64,000 nt of DNA. Source: an uncultured Gemmatimonadales bacterium. GTDB taxonomy: Bacteria; Gemmatimonadota; Gemmatimonadetes; Longimicrobiales; RSA9. The stretch covers positions 891,209-955,208 of the forward strand of contig CAWAMW010000002.1 in the NCBI GenBank assembly GCA_963783305.1, written 5' to 3'. The notes under the pieces were generated by a model. That model searched no databases. It had not been told where the DNA came from and was given only the letters and a program-made list of their open reading frames with translations. Below, piece by piece: positions 9,758 to 19,791 of this stretch. A program made the translations under genes and the position numbers. Position 1 is the first letter of the stretch; each line of letters starts with the position of its first letter.

Positions 9758-9862
9758 GCCTCCCCGGTCCATCTTCCAAAAGTTCTCAACAATTCGCGCC
9801 TATCTCATAACCCCTACGGCCACAACGTCTTACGAGATGTGTGGCTACCTTTGACATGTAAA

Positions 9863-9890
9863 TGTGGATAAGAAGGAGGGTTTATCCACA
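9863..9890. promoter_or_regulatory. Pair of perfect DnaA boxes (candidate oriC element)
   Basis: TGTGGATAA (9863-9871) and TTATCCACA (9882-9890), inverted, in a locally AT-rich intergenic region. Confidence 0.8.
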
Positions 9891-9916
9891 CCGAACAAAC
9901 CCCGAATCGGAGGCGC

Positions 9917-10678
9917 ATGGGTGTTCCACTGAGTCAGCTCGTCGAGTACCTGGACCACTTCCTCGACGTGCACCGGATACCGGATTCACCGAATGCGTTG
10001 AACGGCCTGCAGGTTGCCTCCGATGTCGACGTCATCCGAAGGCTCGCGGTGGCGGTGGACGCGAGCGCGGCGTCGATCGAGGCGGCGGTCGCGCAGGGTG
10101 CGGATCTCCTGCTGGTCCATCACGGGCTCTTCTGGGACGGGAATCTGCCGGTGACCGGGCGCCGGTACCGCAGACTGCGCGGGCTGTTCGAGGCGGATCT
10201 GGCCCTGTACAGCGCGCACCTTCCCCTGGACGTGCATCCGGAGGTCGGCAACAACGCCGTGCTGGCGGTGGAGCTCGGTGTGGAGGTGCGCGGGACGTTT
10301 GGTGGGTACAAGGGGATCGACGTGGGCGTGCACGGCGTGCTGGACGTGAGCCGTGAGGGGCTGTGCGCGCGGCTGGACGACCTGCTGGGGGTCCGGGTAC
10401 GGATGATCCCGGGCGGCCCCGACCGGATCCGGACCGTGGGTGTGCTCACGGGGGGCGGCGGGAGCTACGCCGGGGACGCGGTAGCGGCGGGGCTGGACGC
10501 GCTGGTGACGGGGGAGGGATCCCATCACACCTACTTCGATGCCACGGAGGGGGGGCTCAACCTGTTCTATGGCGGCCACTACGCCACGGAGACGTGGGGG
10601 GTCAGGGCGCTCGGGGAGCACCTTGCGGAGCGGTTCGAGTTGGAGTGGACCTTCCTGGACCTGCCCACCGGCCTCTGA
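9917..10678 (+). CDS. Nif3-like dinuclear metal-center hexameric protein
   Basis: NGLQV, LLVHHGLFW, YSAHLPLDVHPEVGNN, GGHYATETWG. Confidence 0.93.
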   Translation: MGVPLSQLVEYLDHFLDVHRIPDSPNALNGLQVASDVDVIRRLAVAVDASAASIEAAVAQGADLLLVHHGLFWDGNLPVTGRRYRRLRGLFEADLALYSAHLPLDVHPEVGNNAVLAVELGVEVRGTFGGYKGIDVGVHGVLDVSREGLCARLDDLLGVRVRMIPGGPDRIRTVGVLTGGGGSYAGDAVAAGLDALVTGEGSHHTYFDATEGGLNLFYGGHYATETWGVRALGEHLAERFELEWTFLDLPTGL

Positions 10679-10829
10679 TCCTCTCAGGGCGCCGAGGCTC
10701 ACGTACCCCCCTCATCCTCCGGGAGACAGGGGCGCGCTGAGGGGCGACGGAGGGCGGCGACTGGCGGCCCCGGCGCCATCCGCCCTATTCTGTGGCTTCC
10801 ATTCCTGCAGCGAAAACTCGACAGGCTCA

Positions 10830-13517
10830 ATGACGACCATGCATCGAATCCGGACCCTCTTCCTGGCCCCCGCGGCCATAATCCTCGGCGGCGCTCTTGC
10901 CGCATCGGCCGGCGCGGCGCAGGGGGCGCCGCCTCCGTTCGAGCTCCCCGCGTGGGAGACGGCGCACCCGTTCGCCGCGATCCCTCACCCGCGGGATGTG
11001 TTCGGGTTCGAGCCCGGCGCGGACTACGAGCTCGCGACCAACGCGCAGATCGTGGAGTATTTCGATGCGCTCGACAGCGCCAGTGAGCGTGTGCGGGTGG
11101 AGCGGATCGGAGAGAGCGTTCTCGGCCGTCCCATGATCCTGGCCTACATCTCGAGCGAGGAGAACCTCGCGCGGATGGAGGAATGGAAGGAGACCGCCCG
11201 CGAGCTGGCGCTGGGTCGGATCTCGCCGGAGGAGGCGCGCCGCAGGGCGGCGGAAGGGAAGGCCGTGGTGTGGGTGGACGGGGGTCTGCACGCAACCGAG
11301 GTGGCGGGCGCCCAGCACACGCCTCTGCTGGCGTATCGCGTGGCGGGCGAAGAGAGCGAGGAGATGCGGCGGATCCGCGACGACGTCATCCTCCTTCTGA
11401 TGCCCGTGATGAACCCCGACGGCCTCGACCTGGTCGCCGACTGGACCCGGCGGAACCGGGACACCAAATGGGAAGGGAGCAGCCCGCCCGTCCTCTACCA
11501 GTTCTATACGGGTCACGACAACAACCGCGACTGGTTCATGATCACCCAGCCGGAGACGCGGGCGGTGACGGACGTGATCTACCACCGCTGGTTCCCGCAG
11601 ATCGTGCTGAACCAGCATCAGACCGCGCCGTGGCCCGCGCGCATCTTCATCCCGCCGTTCGCCGACCCCGTGAACCCGCATATCCAGCCCCTGACGATCC
11701 GCGGGGTCAACAAGGTCGGCAACGCCATGGGCACCCGCCTGAGCGAGGAGGGGAAGAGCGGCGCCATCGCCCGGGTGAGCTTCGACATGTGGTGGAACGG
11801 CGGGATGCGTACGGTGCCGTACTTCCACAACATGGTCGGGATCCTGACGGAGACCGCCCACGCCTCCGTGGCGCCGGAGTATACGGCCCCCTCCGCGCTG
11901 CCGGAGTTCATCCGGGGAACCCTGCCGGCGCAGGCGCCCAGCGTCTTCTATCCCGACCCGTGGGAGGGCGGCTGGTTCCGTCTGCGGGACGCCGTGGAGT
12001 ACATGATCACGGCCGCCATGGCCACCCTCGATGTGGCCTCGCAGAACCGGGAAGAGTTCCTGCTCAACATCTGGCGCATGGGCGCCGATGCCGTGGCGGC
12101 CGGCGAGGCGGGCGGCCCCTTCGCCTACGTGGTCCCGCCGGAGCAGCGGAAGCCGCTGGAAGCGGCGAACATGCTGAACGTGCTCCGGAAGGGCGGTGTC
12201 GAGGTACACCAGACGACGCGGGCGCTGACCGCTGGCGGTAAGCGCTATCCCGCCGGCAGCTACGTGGTCCTGGCGAGCCAGGCCTTCCGGCCGCACCTCA
12301 TGGACCTGCTCGAGGAGCAGGTCTATCCCGACATGCGCCTCTACCCGGGCGGGCCACCGGACACGCCGTACGACATCTCGGGCTGGACGCTTCCGATCCA
12401 GATGGACGTCGTGACCGATCGGGTGGATGCGCCGTTCGACACCGCCGGGCTGGTGGCGGTGGACGAGGTCTCGGTCTGGCCGGGTCGTACCGTCCGCGGC
12501 GGGCGCTGGGGCTGGGCGGTCGGCGCGGAGTCCAACGCGGCGGCCATCGCCGCCAATCGAGTGATCGCCGCTGGTGCCGAGGCCTACATCGCCCCGGTCG
12601 GGGTCCTCGCCGGGGACGAGGAGATGGGCCGTGGGGCGTACGTGTTCCGCGGCGTGAGCGAGGCCGACGCGGCCCGGCTCGCCCGCGAGCTCGGCATCGA
12701 TTTCGTCGGGATCGACCGTGCGCCCAGGAGCCGCCTGCACCGGATCGAGCCTCCGCGGATCGGCATCTACAAGTCGTGGCAGGCGAACATGGATGAGGGG
12801 TGGACGCGCTGGGTCCTCGACGAGTACGAGTTCCCCGTGGACACGCTCCACGACGCCGAGATCCGTGGCGCCGACCTCTCCGTCTACCACGCCATCATCC
12901 TCCCCGACCAGGACCGCTCATCCATCCTCCATGGCCATGCTCCGGGAACGCGGCCGGAGGAGATGACCGGCGGTATCGGGCTGGAGGGCATGCTGCGCCT
13001 CCGTCGGTACGTGGAGGGGGGCGGCAGGCTCATCGCGTTCGACGAGGCGTCGGAGCTCCTCATCGATCAGCTCGCGATACCGGTCCAGAACGTCGTCGGC
13101 GACCTGCCGAACGAGGACTTCTTCGTGCCGGGGACGCTGATCCGGATGACGATCGACGCCGACCACCCCATCGGGTACGGCATGCCGGGCGAGGCGGCCG
13201 GCTTCTTCGCCCGGAGCCGCGCGTGGGACGTGCGGTCCGGCGCCGAAGGAGTGGACGTGATCGCGCGCTACGCCGAGGACGACCTGGTGATGAGCGGCTG
13301 GGCTCTCGGCGAGGAGGCGCTGGCGGGGCGGGCCGCGCTCGTCCGGGCGCCGCTCGGCGCCGGTGACGTGGTGCTGTTCGCCTTCCGGCCGCAGTTCAGG
13401 GCGCAGCCGAGGGCCACGTTCAAGCTGCTGTTCAACGCGCTCCACGGGGCCGCGGCACGGGACGCGGCGGTGGAGGGACCGGCCGGGCGGCCGGTGGAGA
13501 GTGCCGTGCGGCGCTAG
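10830..13517 (+). CDS. Secreted M14 zinc carboxypeptidase family protein
   Basis: Signal peptide, GLHATE (HxxE), NPDG, GHDNNRDW; C-terminal GATase-like region. Confidence 0.85.
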   Translation: MTTMHRIRTLFLAPAAIILGGALAASAGAAQGAPPPFELPAWETAHPFAAIPHPRDVFGFEPGADYELATNAQIVEYFDALDSASERVRVERIGESVLGRPMILAYISSEENLARMEEWKETARELALGRISPEEARRRAAEGKAVVWVDGGLHATEVAGAQHTPLLAYRVAGEESEEMRRIRDDVILLLMPVMNPDGLDLVADWTRRNRDTKWEGSSPPVLYQFYTGHDNNRDWFMITQPETRAVTDVIYHRWFPQIVLNQHQTAPWPARIFIPPFADPVNPHIQPLTIRGVNKVGNAMGTRLSEEGKSGAIARVSFDMWWNGGMRTVPYFHNMVGILTETAHASVAPEYTAPSALPEFIRGTLPAQAPSVFYPDPWEGGWFRLRDAVEYMITAAMATLDVASQNREEFLLNIWRMGADAVAAGEAGGPFAYVVPPEQRKPLEAANMLNVLRKGGVEVHQTTRALTAGGKRYPAGSYVVLASQAFRPHLMDLLEEQVYPDMRLYPGGPPDTPYDISGWTLPIQMDVVTDRVDAPFDTAGLVAVDEVSVWPGRTVRGGRWGWAVGAESNAAAIAANRVIAAGAEAYIAPVGVLAGDEEMGRGAYVFRGVSEADAARLARELGIDFVGIDRAPRSRLHRIEPPRIGIYKSWQANMDEGWTRWVLDEYEFPVDTLHDAEIRGADLSVYHAIILPDQDRSSILHGHAPGTRPEEMTGGIGLEGMLRLRRYVEGGGRLIAFDEASELLIDQLAIPVQNVVGDLPNEDFFVPGTLIRMTIDADHPIGYGMPGEAAGFFARSRAWDVRSGAEGVDVIARYAEDDLVMSGWALGEEALAGRAALVRAPLGAGDVVLFAFRPQFRAQPRATFKLLFNALHGAAARDAAVEGPAGRPVESAVRR

Positions 13518-13549
13518 CCGGCTGCTGAAGAGGGTCCGGTGCGCGCGTT

Positions 13550-14320
13550 CTACTGACCGCCGACGGCTGCCCGGGCCGAATCCCGGTACGCCTGGAGCAT
13601 CGCCTGGTGGTCCATGTACTCGGGCAGCGGCTTTCCGGCCTCCTCGGGATACGCGTCGAGGAGGCGCTGCCAGAGGGCGTCGGCGTCCGTGGTATCGCCG
13701 GCGTCGGCAGCGGCCGAGGCGGCCACGCCGAGGGCTAGGATGTGGTTCGGAGAGTCCTCCAGGATCCGCTCGGCGGCGCTCCTGGCTTCGGCGTACTCGT
13801 CCGCGGTCTGCTGGAGGATGGCGAGGTGGTAGATCCCGTCGTCGTCCAGATCCTCGACCATGCCGTACGCCTGGATGGCCATGGGCATGAACTGATCGAC
13901 TTCCGCCTGGTTCCCCTGCTCGGCCGCCATCATGATCCGGTTGAAGAGGCGGTCGGCATTGCTGCGCATGTCCGAGCTGAGGGGACCCAGCCCGCCCCCG
14001 GACCCCGCGCCCCCGCCGGTCTGTCCGGCGAACGGCGCTTCCATCCCGGTCCGCGGCACCGGCACGCGCTCCGCCCGGCGCGGCAGGAACACCACCAGCA
14101 GGACGACGATGATCGCCGCGGCGGCGATGATCCACGCGGCGCGACCCGGGCCGCCACCCGCGGTGGTTTCCCCGGCCACCGGCTCTCCGCACGAGGTGCA
14201 GTAGCGCGACCCCGGTGGCACGTCGGCCTGGCAGGACGCGCAGCTCACGTCCAGCCCCGCGCCACACTCGGCGCAATACTTCCCTGTCTGTTTCTCGGCA
14301 CCGCAGCTTGGACATTTCAT
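13550..14320 (-). CDS. Double zinc-ribbon, single-TM protein with TPR-like C-terminus
   Basis: CPSCG...YCAECG...CASCQ...YCTSCG; hydrophobic segment; helical repeats. Confidence 0.75.
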   Translation of the reverse strand: MKCPSCGAEKQTGKYCAECGAGLDVSCASCQADVPPGSRYCTSCGEPVAGETTAGGGPGRAAWIIAAAAIIVVLLVVFLPRRAERVPVPRTGMEAPFAGQTGGGAGSGGGLGPLSSDMRSNADRLFNRIMMAAEQGNQAEVDQFMPMAIQAYGMVEDLDDDGIYHLAILQQTADEYAEARSAAERILEDSPNHILALGVAASAAADAGDTTDADALWQRLLDAYPEEAGKPLPEYMDHQAMLQAYRDSARAAVGGQ

Positions 14321-14406
14321 GCGCAGAAGATAGGCACATGCGCCGGGAACCAACAACCGCCAGGTGGCCAGTTGTTACGCCGGGGCGCGTCGGCGTACGT
14401 TCTCGC

Positions 14407-15396
14407 ATGCGGATCTTCCTGACCGGTGGAACGGGGCTGCTCGGCAGTCATATCGCCGAGCGACTCCGGTCCCGCGGCTACGACGTGGTCGCGCTGGTGC
14501 GGTCGACGAGCGACACGGCGCACCTGGAGGCGCTGGGCTGCGAGCCGCTGGTAGGAGAGCTCGATGACCCGGTCGCCCGCCTCGCCGGCGCCATGCGGGG
14601 CGCCGACGCCGTGATCCACGCAGCCGCCAAGGTGTTCCAGAGCGGCAGCCGGGCCGACTACCTGCGGGTGAACGTGGCGGGCACCGAGCGGGTGCTGGCC
14701 GCCGCCGCGCGCGCCGCACCCCGGGTCATCCACGTCTCCAGCGTTGCGGTGTATGCGGGCCTCGAAGCGAACCGTCCCATGGGAGAGGATCGCTGGACCG
14801 AAGCGGACCCGGCGCGGCAGAGCGCGTACGCGGCGTCCAAGCACCTGTCGGAGAGGGCGGCCTGGCGCGCGCATGAGGCGCGGGAGATCCGCCTGACGAC
14901 GGTCCGGCCGAGCGTGATCTACGGGGAGCGGGACCGTTCGGCGACCCGGGTCATGGTGCGGTACGCGACGCTCCCGCTGGTGCCGCTGATCGGGGGCGGA
15001 CGGACCACGCTGCCGGTGGTGTACGCGGGAAATGTGGCCGACGGTGTCCTGGCGGCCCTCCACCGGCCGGTGGCGATCGGGCGCGCCTACAACCTCGCCA
15101 TGGACCTCCCGATCACGGCGCGCGAGCTGGTGGCGCTCTTCGGCGACGGGCTCGACCGCGAGCCGCGGATCGTTCCCGTACCCGCCCTGCCCGTCACCGC
15201 GGCCGCCAGCGCGGCGGCGGCGATCGGCCGGCTTCCCGGCCTGCCGACGCTCGACGCGCGACGCGCGGTGCGGTCACTCGTGCGCGACAACCCCTACGAC
15301 TCGTCGCGGGCTCGTCTGGAGCTCGGGTGGTCGCCGGCGATCTCGCACCGCGAGGGCGTGCGACGCACTCTGGCGTGGTGGCGCGGTCGGGGCTGA
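14407..15396 (+). CDS. NAD-dependent epimerase/dehydratase (extended SDR)
   Basis: MRIFLTGGTGLLGS, HVSSVAVY, YAASK. Confidence 0.9.
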   Translation: MRIFLTGGTGLLGSHIAERLRSRGYDVVALVRSTSDTAHLEALGCEPLVGELDDPVARLAGAMRGADAVIHAAAKVFQSGSRADYLRVNVAGTERVLAAAARAAPRVIHVSSVAVYAGLEANRPMGEDRWTEADPARQSAYAASKHLSERAAWRAHEAREIRLTTVRPSVIYGERDRSATRVMVRYATLPLVPLIGGGRTTLPVVYAGNVADGVLAALHRPVAIGRAYNLAMDLPITARELVALFGDGLDREPRIVPVPALPVTAAASAAAAIGRLPGLPTLDARRAVRSLVRDNPYDSSRARLELGWSPAISHREGVRRTLAWWRGRG

Positions 15397-15512
15397 GCCA
15401 CCAGAGCGCGGCGCGCGTTGACAGCGGACGGTAAGGGCCGGAGCTTCCCGGCTGGCACGAAGCCCGCAGCGACACGAGCGGCCGTCCGACCGCCGCATCA
15501 CCGAGGAGCCGA

Positions 15513-16403
15513 ATGTCCGACCCAGGATACGACGACGTTGATACCGAAGCCGAGAACGAGTCCGCGCCGCCCCAGGGCGGCGGCGATCCCCGGGAGCGGG
15601 GACAGATAGCCACACCTGAGCTGAACCGTGACGGGCAGGAGAGCGGAAGGGAAACGGAGGACGAGCGGCTCCTCCAGAGCGAGAAGCCGGAGAAGATCGA
15701 GTTCCTGCACACCGACCCGTGGCGGGTCTTCCGCATCATGGGCGAGTTCGTGGAAGGCTTCGACACGCTGGCCGACCTCGGCCCCGCCGTCTCCATCTTC
15801 GGCAGCGCCCGGGTAGGTCCCGACGACCCGTGGTACCAGGCCGCCGAGCGGACCGCGCGGCTGTTCGTGGAGCGCGGGTTCGGTGTGATCACCGGTGGCG
15901 GCCCGGGGATCATGGAAGCGGCGAACAAGGGCGCGTCGGAGGCCGGCGGACCGTCGGTCGGATGCAACATCGAGCTCCCCTTCGAGCAGGGGATGAACCG
16001 CTACGTCCAGACGGCGGTCAACTTCCGGTACTTCTTCGTCCGCAAGACCATGTTCGTGAAGTACGCGGAGGGTTTCATCATCTTCCCGGGCGGCTTCGGC
16101 ACCATGGACGAGCTGTTCGAAGCGCTGACCCTGATCCAGACCGGCAAGGTCCGCCACTTCCCCGTCGTCATGATGGGCTCGGAGTACTGGGGCGGGCTCG
16201 TGGAGTGGATCCGTGGCACGATGGCGGGGGAGGGGAAGGTCGGCGCCAAGGACCTGAACCTCGTGCTCGTCACCGACTCGCCCGACGAGGCGGTGGAGCA
16301 CGTGGCGCGCGCCCACGCCGCTCAGGAGGAGGACGCCCGGCTCCGTGCGCACCGGCGAGTCAAGCGGCGAGCGGTCGGCGATCCGGGTCGGCGCGGGCAA
16401 TGA
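15513..16403 (+). CDS. LOG family (Rossmann-fold) phosphoribohydrolase
   Basis: [35 protein letters not shown]. Confidence 0.92.
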   Translation: MSDPGYDDVDTEAENESAPPQGGGDPRERGQIATPELNRDGQESGRETEDERLLQSEKPEKIEFLHTDPWRVFRIMGEFVEGFDTLADLGPAVSIFGSARVGPDDPWYQAAERTARLFVERGFGVITGGGPGIMEAANKGASEAGGPSVGCNIELPFEQGMNRYVQTAVNFRYFFVRKTMFVKYAEGFIIFPGGFGTMDELFEALTLIQTGKVRHFPVVMMGSEYWGGLVEWIRGTMAGEGKVGAKDLNLVLVTDSPDEAVEHVARAHAAQEEDARLRAHRRVKRRAVGDPGRRGQ

Positions 16404-16482
16404 ACCGCTGCACCAGGCACGCGGTCCCGACCACTCCGCTGCACCCTGGCTGGACCCGTACTCTCAACCGCACCAGGACGAT

Positions 16483-17640
16483 ATGAACAAACACCTCTCC
16501 GGACCCCGCATCGACCCCGTCCGGATCCGCGGCGACATGACCGTGGACGAGCTCGTCGACGGCGCCTTCGCTTCCTACAACGCGGGACGGCTCCGGGAAG
16601 GGTGCAGGCTCTTCACCGAGAAGATGCTGGACGATGACGTGACCGTGGGCGTCTCCCTCACGGGCGCGCTGACCCCCGCAGGACTCGGCGTGTCTGCGCT
16701 CATCCCGCTCATCGAGGCGGGGTTCATCGACTGGATCACATCGACGGGCGCGAACCTCTATCACGACACCCACTACGGTCTCGGCCTGGCGCTCCACCAC
16801 GGCAACCCCTTCGTCAGCGACGTGGCGCTGCGGGAAGAGGAGGTCGTGCGCATCTACGACATCTTCTTCGACTACTCCGTCCTCCTCGACACCGACGCCT
16901 TCTTCCGCAAGATCATTGAAGGCGAGGAGTTCCAGCGGACCATGTCGACGGCGGAGTTCCACCACCTCTGCGGGAAGTACGTGGCGGAGCGCGAGAAGAA
17001 GCTCGGTCAGACCGGGGAAAGCCGGAAATCGCTCCTGGCCGCCGCCTACGAATACGATGTGCCCGTGTACACCAGCTCCCCGGGCGATTCCTCCATCGGC
17101 ATGAACGTGGCCGCCATGGCGCTGCGTGGGAACCAGCTGAAGATCGACGTGAACGCCGACGTGAACGAGACCGCTTCCATCGTGCTGGACGCGAAGCGCG
17201 GCGGCGGCCGGAGCGCGGTGATGATCCTGGGCGGCGGGAGCCCCAAGAACTTCATGCTCCAGACCGAGCCCCAGATCCAGGAGGTCATGGGCATCGCCGA
17301 GAAGGGACACGACTACTTCCTCCAGATCACCGACGCGCGCCCCGATACCGGCGGGCTCAGCGGCGCGACCCCGGCGGAGGCCGTGAGCTGGGGCAAGGTC
17401 GACCCCGACAAGCTCCCGGACGCCGTCGTCTGCTATACCGACGCGACCATCGCGCTGCCGCTCCTGAGCGCGTACGCCTTCGCCCGGCACGATCCTCGCC
17501 CTCCCAGGCGCCTGTTCGGCCGGCGCGAGGAGCTCATGGGCCGGCTCCGCAGCGAGTACGAGGCCGTCCTCGAGGGCGCCGGCGGGGACGAGGTGCGGCC
17601 CGAGGGCGGCCCACACACAACGCTGGCGCGGGACCGGTAG
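16483..17640 (+). CDS. Deoxyhypusine synthase-like protein (probable homospermidine synthase)
   Basis: [35 protein letters not shown] (catalytic Lys motif). Confidence 0.88.
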   Translation: MNKHLSGPRIDPVRIRGDMTVDELVDGAFASYNAGRLREGCRLFTEKMLDDDVTVGVSLTGALTPAGLGVSALIPLIEAGFIDWITSTGANLYHDTHYGLGLALHHGNPFVSDVALREEEVVRIYDIFFDYSVLLDTDAFFRKIIEGEEFQRTMSTAEFHHLCGKYVAEREKKLGQTGESRKSLLAAAYEYDVPVYTSSPGDSSIGMNVAAMALRGNQLKIDVNADVNETASIVLDAKRGGGRSAVMILGGGSPKNFMLQTEPQIQEVMGIAEKGHDYFLQITDARPDTGGLSGATPAEAVSWGKVDPDKLPDAVVCYTDATIALPLLSAYAFARHDPRPPRRLFGRREELMGRLRSEYEAVLEGAGGDEVRPEGGPHTTLARDR

Positions 17641-17698
17641 GGAGCACGCTCGCGGCATCGCGGAACGGTCGTCGTCGCGGCCATGAAAGGGGTGGGAG

Positions 17699-18601
17699 AT
17701 GAAGGTGGCGGTTACAGGGTCGTCGGGGCTGATCGGGTCAGGCGTCACGCGCCACCTGATCGATGCGGGGCACTCGATCACCCGCGTGGTGCGATCGCGG
17801 GAGGCCGCGGCCGCTCCCGACGCGTTCTACTGGAGCCCCTCGAGCGGGGAGATCGACGCCGAGGGGCTGGCGGGACACGACGTCGTCGTCAACCTGGCGG
17901 GCGAGAACATCTTCGGGATCTGGACGGATGCGAAGAAGAAACGCATCTACAACAGTCGCGTGGAAGGGACGCGACTGCTCGTGGAAGCCATTGGCGGACT
18001 GGAAGATACGGACCGTCCAGGGATCCTCGTCAACGCCTCCGCCATCGGCTATTACGGGGATCGTCCGCCGGACCAGTCGTTGACCGAGGCCGCGGAGCCG
18101 GGCGATGGCTTCATGGCCGGCGTGGTCCGGGACTGGGAAGCGGCGGCCGCGGCCGGCGGCGCGCTGGGTCTGCGGGTGGTCATGCTGCGGTTCGGGCTGG
18201 TCCTCGACCCGAACGGGCTCCTGCTGCAGGGGATGAGCATGTCGAGCCGGCTCGGCCTCGGGGCCAAGCTGGGGGATGGAGCGCAGCCGTTCCCGTGGAC
18301 CACCCGCGACGAGATCGCCCGGACCATGCAGTTCGTCCTGGAACACGAGGAGATGGAGGGGCCGGTGAACGTGGTGGGGCCCGACCACGTCACCAATGAG
18401 GAGTTCGCCGACACCGTGGCGCGGGTCCTCGATCGACCGCGGATCCTGAAGGTGCCGGCGGTGGCGCTCCGGATGCTCGGTGATCTGGGCGCAGAGCTCC
18501 TGACGGGAGCGCGGATCGTGCCCGAGAAGCTGAAGGACGCGGGCTACGAGTGGCTGGATCCGACGCTGGAGGATGCCCTGCGTCGGCTGCTCGGCCGGTG
18601 A
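17699..18601 (+). CDS. YfcH-like NAD-dependent epimerase/oxidoreductase
   Basis: [32 protein letters not shown]. Confidence 0.88.
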   Translation: MKVAVTGSSGLIGSGVTRHLIDAGHSITRVVRSREAAAAPDAFYWSPSSGEIDAEGLAGHDVVVNLAGENIFGIWTDAKKKRIYNSRVEGTRLLVEAIGGLEDTDRPGILVNASAIGYYGDRPPDQSLTEAAEPGDGFMAGVVRDWEAAAAAGGALGLRVVMLRFGLVLDPNGLLLQGMSMSSRLGLGAKLGDGAQPFPWTTRDEIARTMQFVLEHEEMEGPVNVVGPDHVTNEEFADTVARVLDRPRILKVPAVALRMLGDLGAELLTGARIVPEKLKDAGYEWLDPTLEDALRRLLGR

Positions 18602-18785
18602 TCCCGTCCAGCTCGACATCTCGCCCGCGGGCTGCTCCGGGCGGCCGGCCGCTGGCGCCCCGGCCGACGCCTTCGTTAGGTTCCTCACATACAAGGAAAC
18701 AACCTGGAAGGCCTGCCACTGCGGGGCCGTCGCCTGATGGACGTCAAGCGGCCGCGGCACCTGCGGACACGATGTGGACATCGCA

Positions 18786-19184
18786 ATGACAGAAAGCGAA
18801 TCACGACAGCGCCACCGGGTACTCCTCGCCGACGACGACCCCGGAATCCGGCGCGTCCTCAAGGCAGCCCTCGAGTCCGGCGGCTACGAGGTCGAAGCCG
18901 TCGCCGATGGAGATGCGGCGCGCGAGGCCTACCTGCGCCAGTGCCCCGATGTCCTCCTGGCCGACCTCGTCATGCCGGGACTGAACGGCCAGGAGCTCGC
19001 CGCCGCATGCCGCAGCCACTGTCCCGACGCGATCCTGATCTTCATGAGCGGGTACAGCGAGGAGGAGCTGCAGCAGCTGGAGATCCGGCAGGTCGTCTTC
19101 ATCCCGAAACCCATGTCCGTCGCGACCCTGCTTCGCACGGTGGGGCGGCTCATCGACCACCGCGACCAGAGTTCCCCCGATTGA
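18786..19184 (+). CDS. Single-domain response regulator (CheY-like receiver)
   Basis: LLADDD, LLADLVMPGLNG, FMSGY, IPKP. Confidence 0.85.
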   Translation: MTESESRQRHRVLLADDDPGIRRVLKAALESGGYEVEAVADGDAAREAYLRQCPDVLLADLVMPGLNGQELAAACRSHCPDAILIFMSGYSEEELQQLEIRQVVFIPKPMSVATLLRTVGRLIDHRDQSSPD

Positions 19185-19200
19185 GGGGGGACACTACCCG

Positions 19201-19791
19201 TTGAAACGCGAACGCAGGCGCAGAGAAGGGGTCCAGGACCAGTTCCGGACCGCAATCCGACGGGCCGGCGAGCTCGCGGCCGTGGACCCTGGATCCTTCA
19301 ACGCGCGTCCCGATGAGGGAGCGTGGTCGGTGGCGGAGTGCCTGGACCATCTGAACGAGACGGCGCGGCTGTACCTGCCGGAGCTGACGGAGGCGATCGA
19401 GGGTGCTCGTCAGAACGGGCTCCTTGCCCGTCCCGGGGCGAGCCGGCGGACGCTCATCGGCCGCCTGGTCGTCTGGACCCAGGAGCCGCCCGTCCGGATC
19501 CGGATGAAGACGTTCTCCTCCATCGAGCCACGGGGTGACACCGACCCCGCCGAGGTGGCGGAGGCGTTCGAGTCGCTGCACGAGGAGTTGATCGTACGGA
19601 TCAACGAGGCGGCGGATCTGGACTGGAAGCGGGTGAAGATGAGGTCGGTGATCGATCCCCGTCTCAAGCTCTCGCTGGGCGACTGGTTCCATTTCCTGGC
19701 CGCCCACGCTCGCCGTCATCTCTGGCAGGCCGAGCGGGCGAGGGACCGGGTGATCGGCCCGCCTACCGATACCCCGCGGCCTGGAGCGTGA
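19201..19791 (+). CDS. DinB family protein
   Basis: WSVAECLDHL...AHARRHLWQ; start uncertain (TTG). Confidence 0.8.
   Translation: MKRERRRREGVQDQFRTAIRRAGELAAVDPGSFNARPDEGAWSVAECLDHLNETARLYLPELTEAIEGARQNGLLARPGASRRTLIGRLVVWTQEPPVRIRMKTFSSIEPRGDTDPAEVAEAFESLHEELIVRINEAADLDWKRVKMRSVIDPRLKLSLGDWFHFLAAHARRHLWQAERARDRVIGPPTDTPRPGA

Noticed and set aside
2254..10678. Apparent C-rich to G-rich shift as GC-skew evidence for the origin
   Set aside because: Judged by eye only and not consistent in later genes; needs computation
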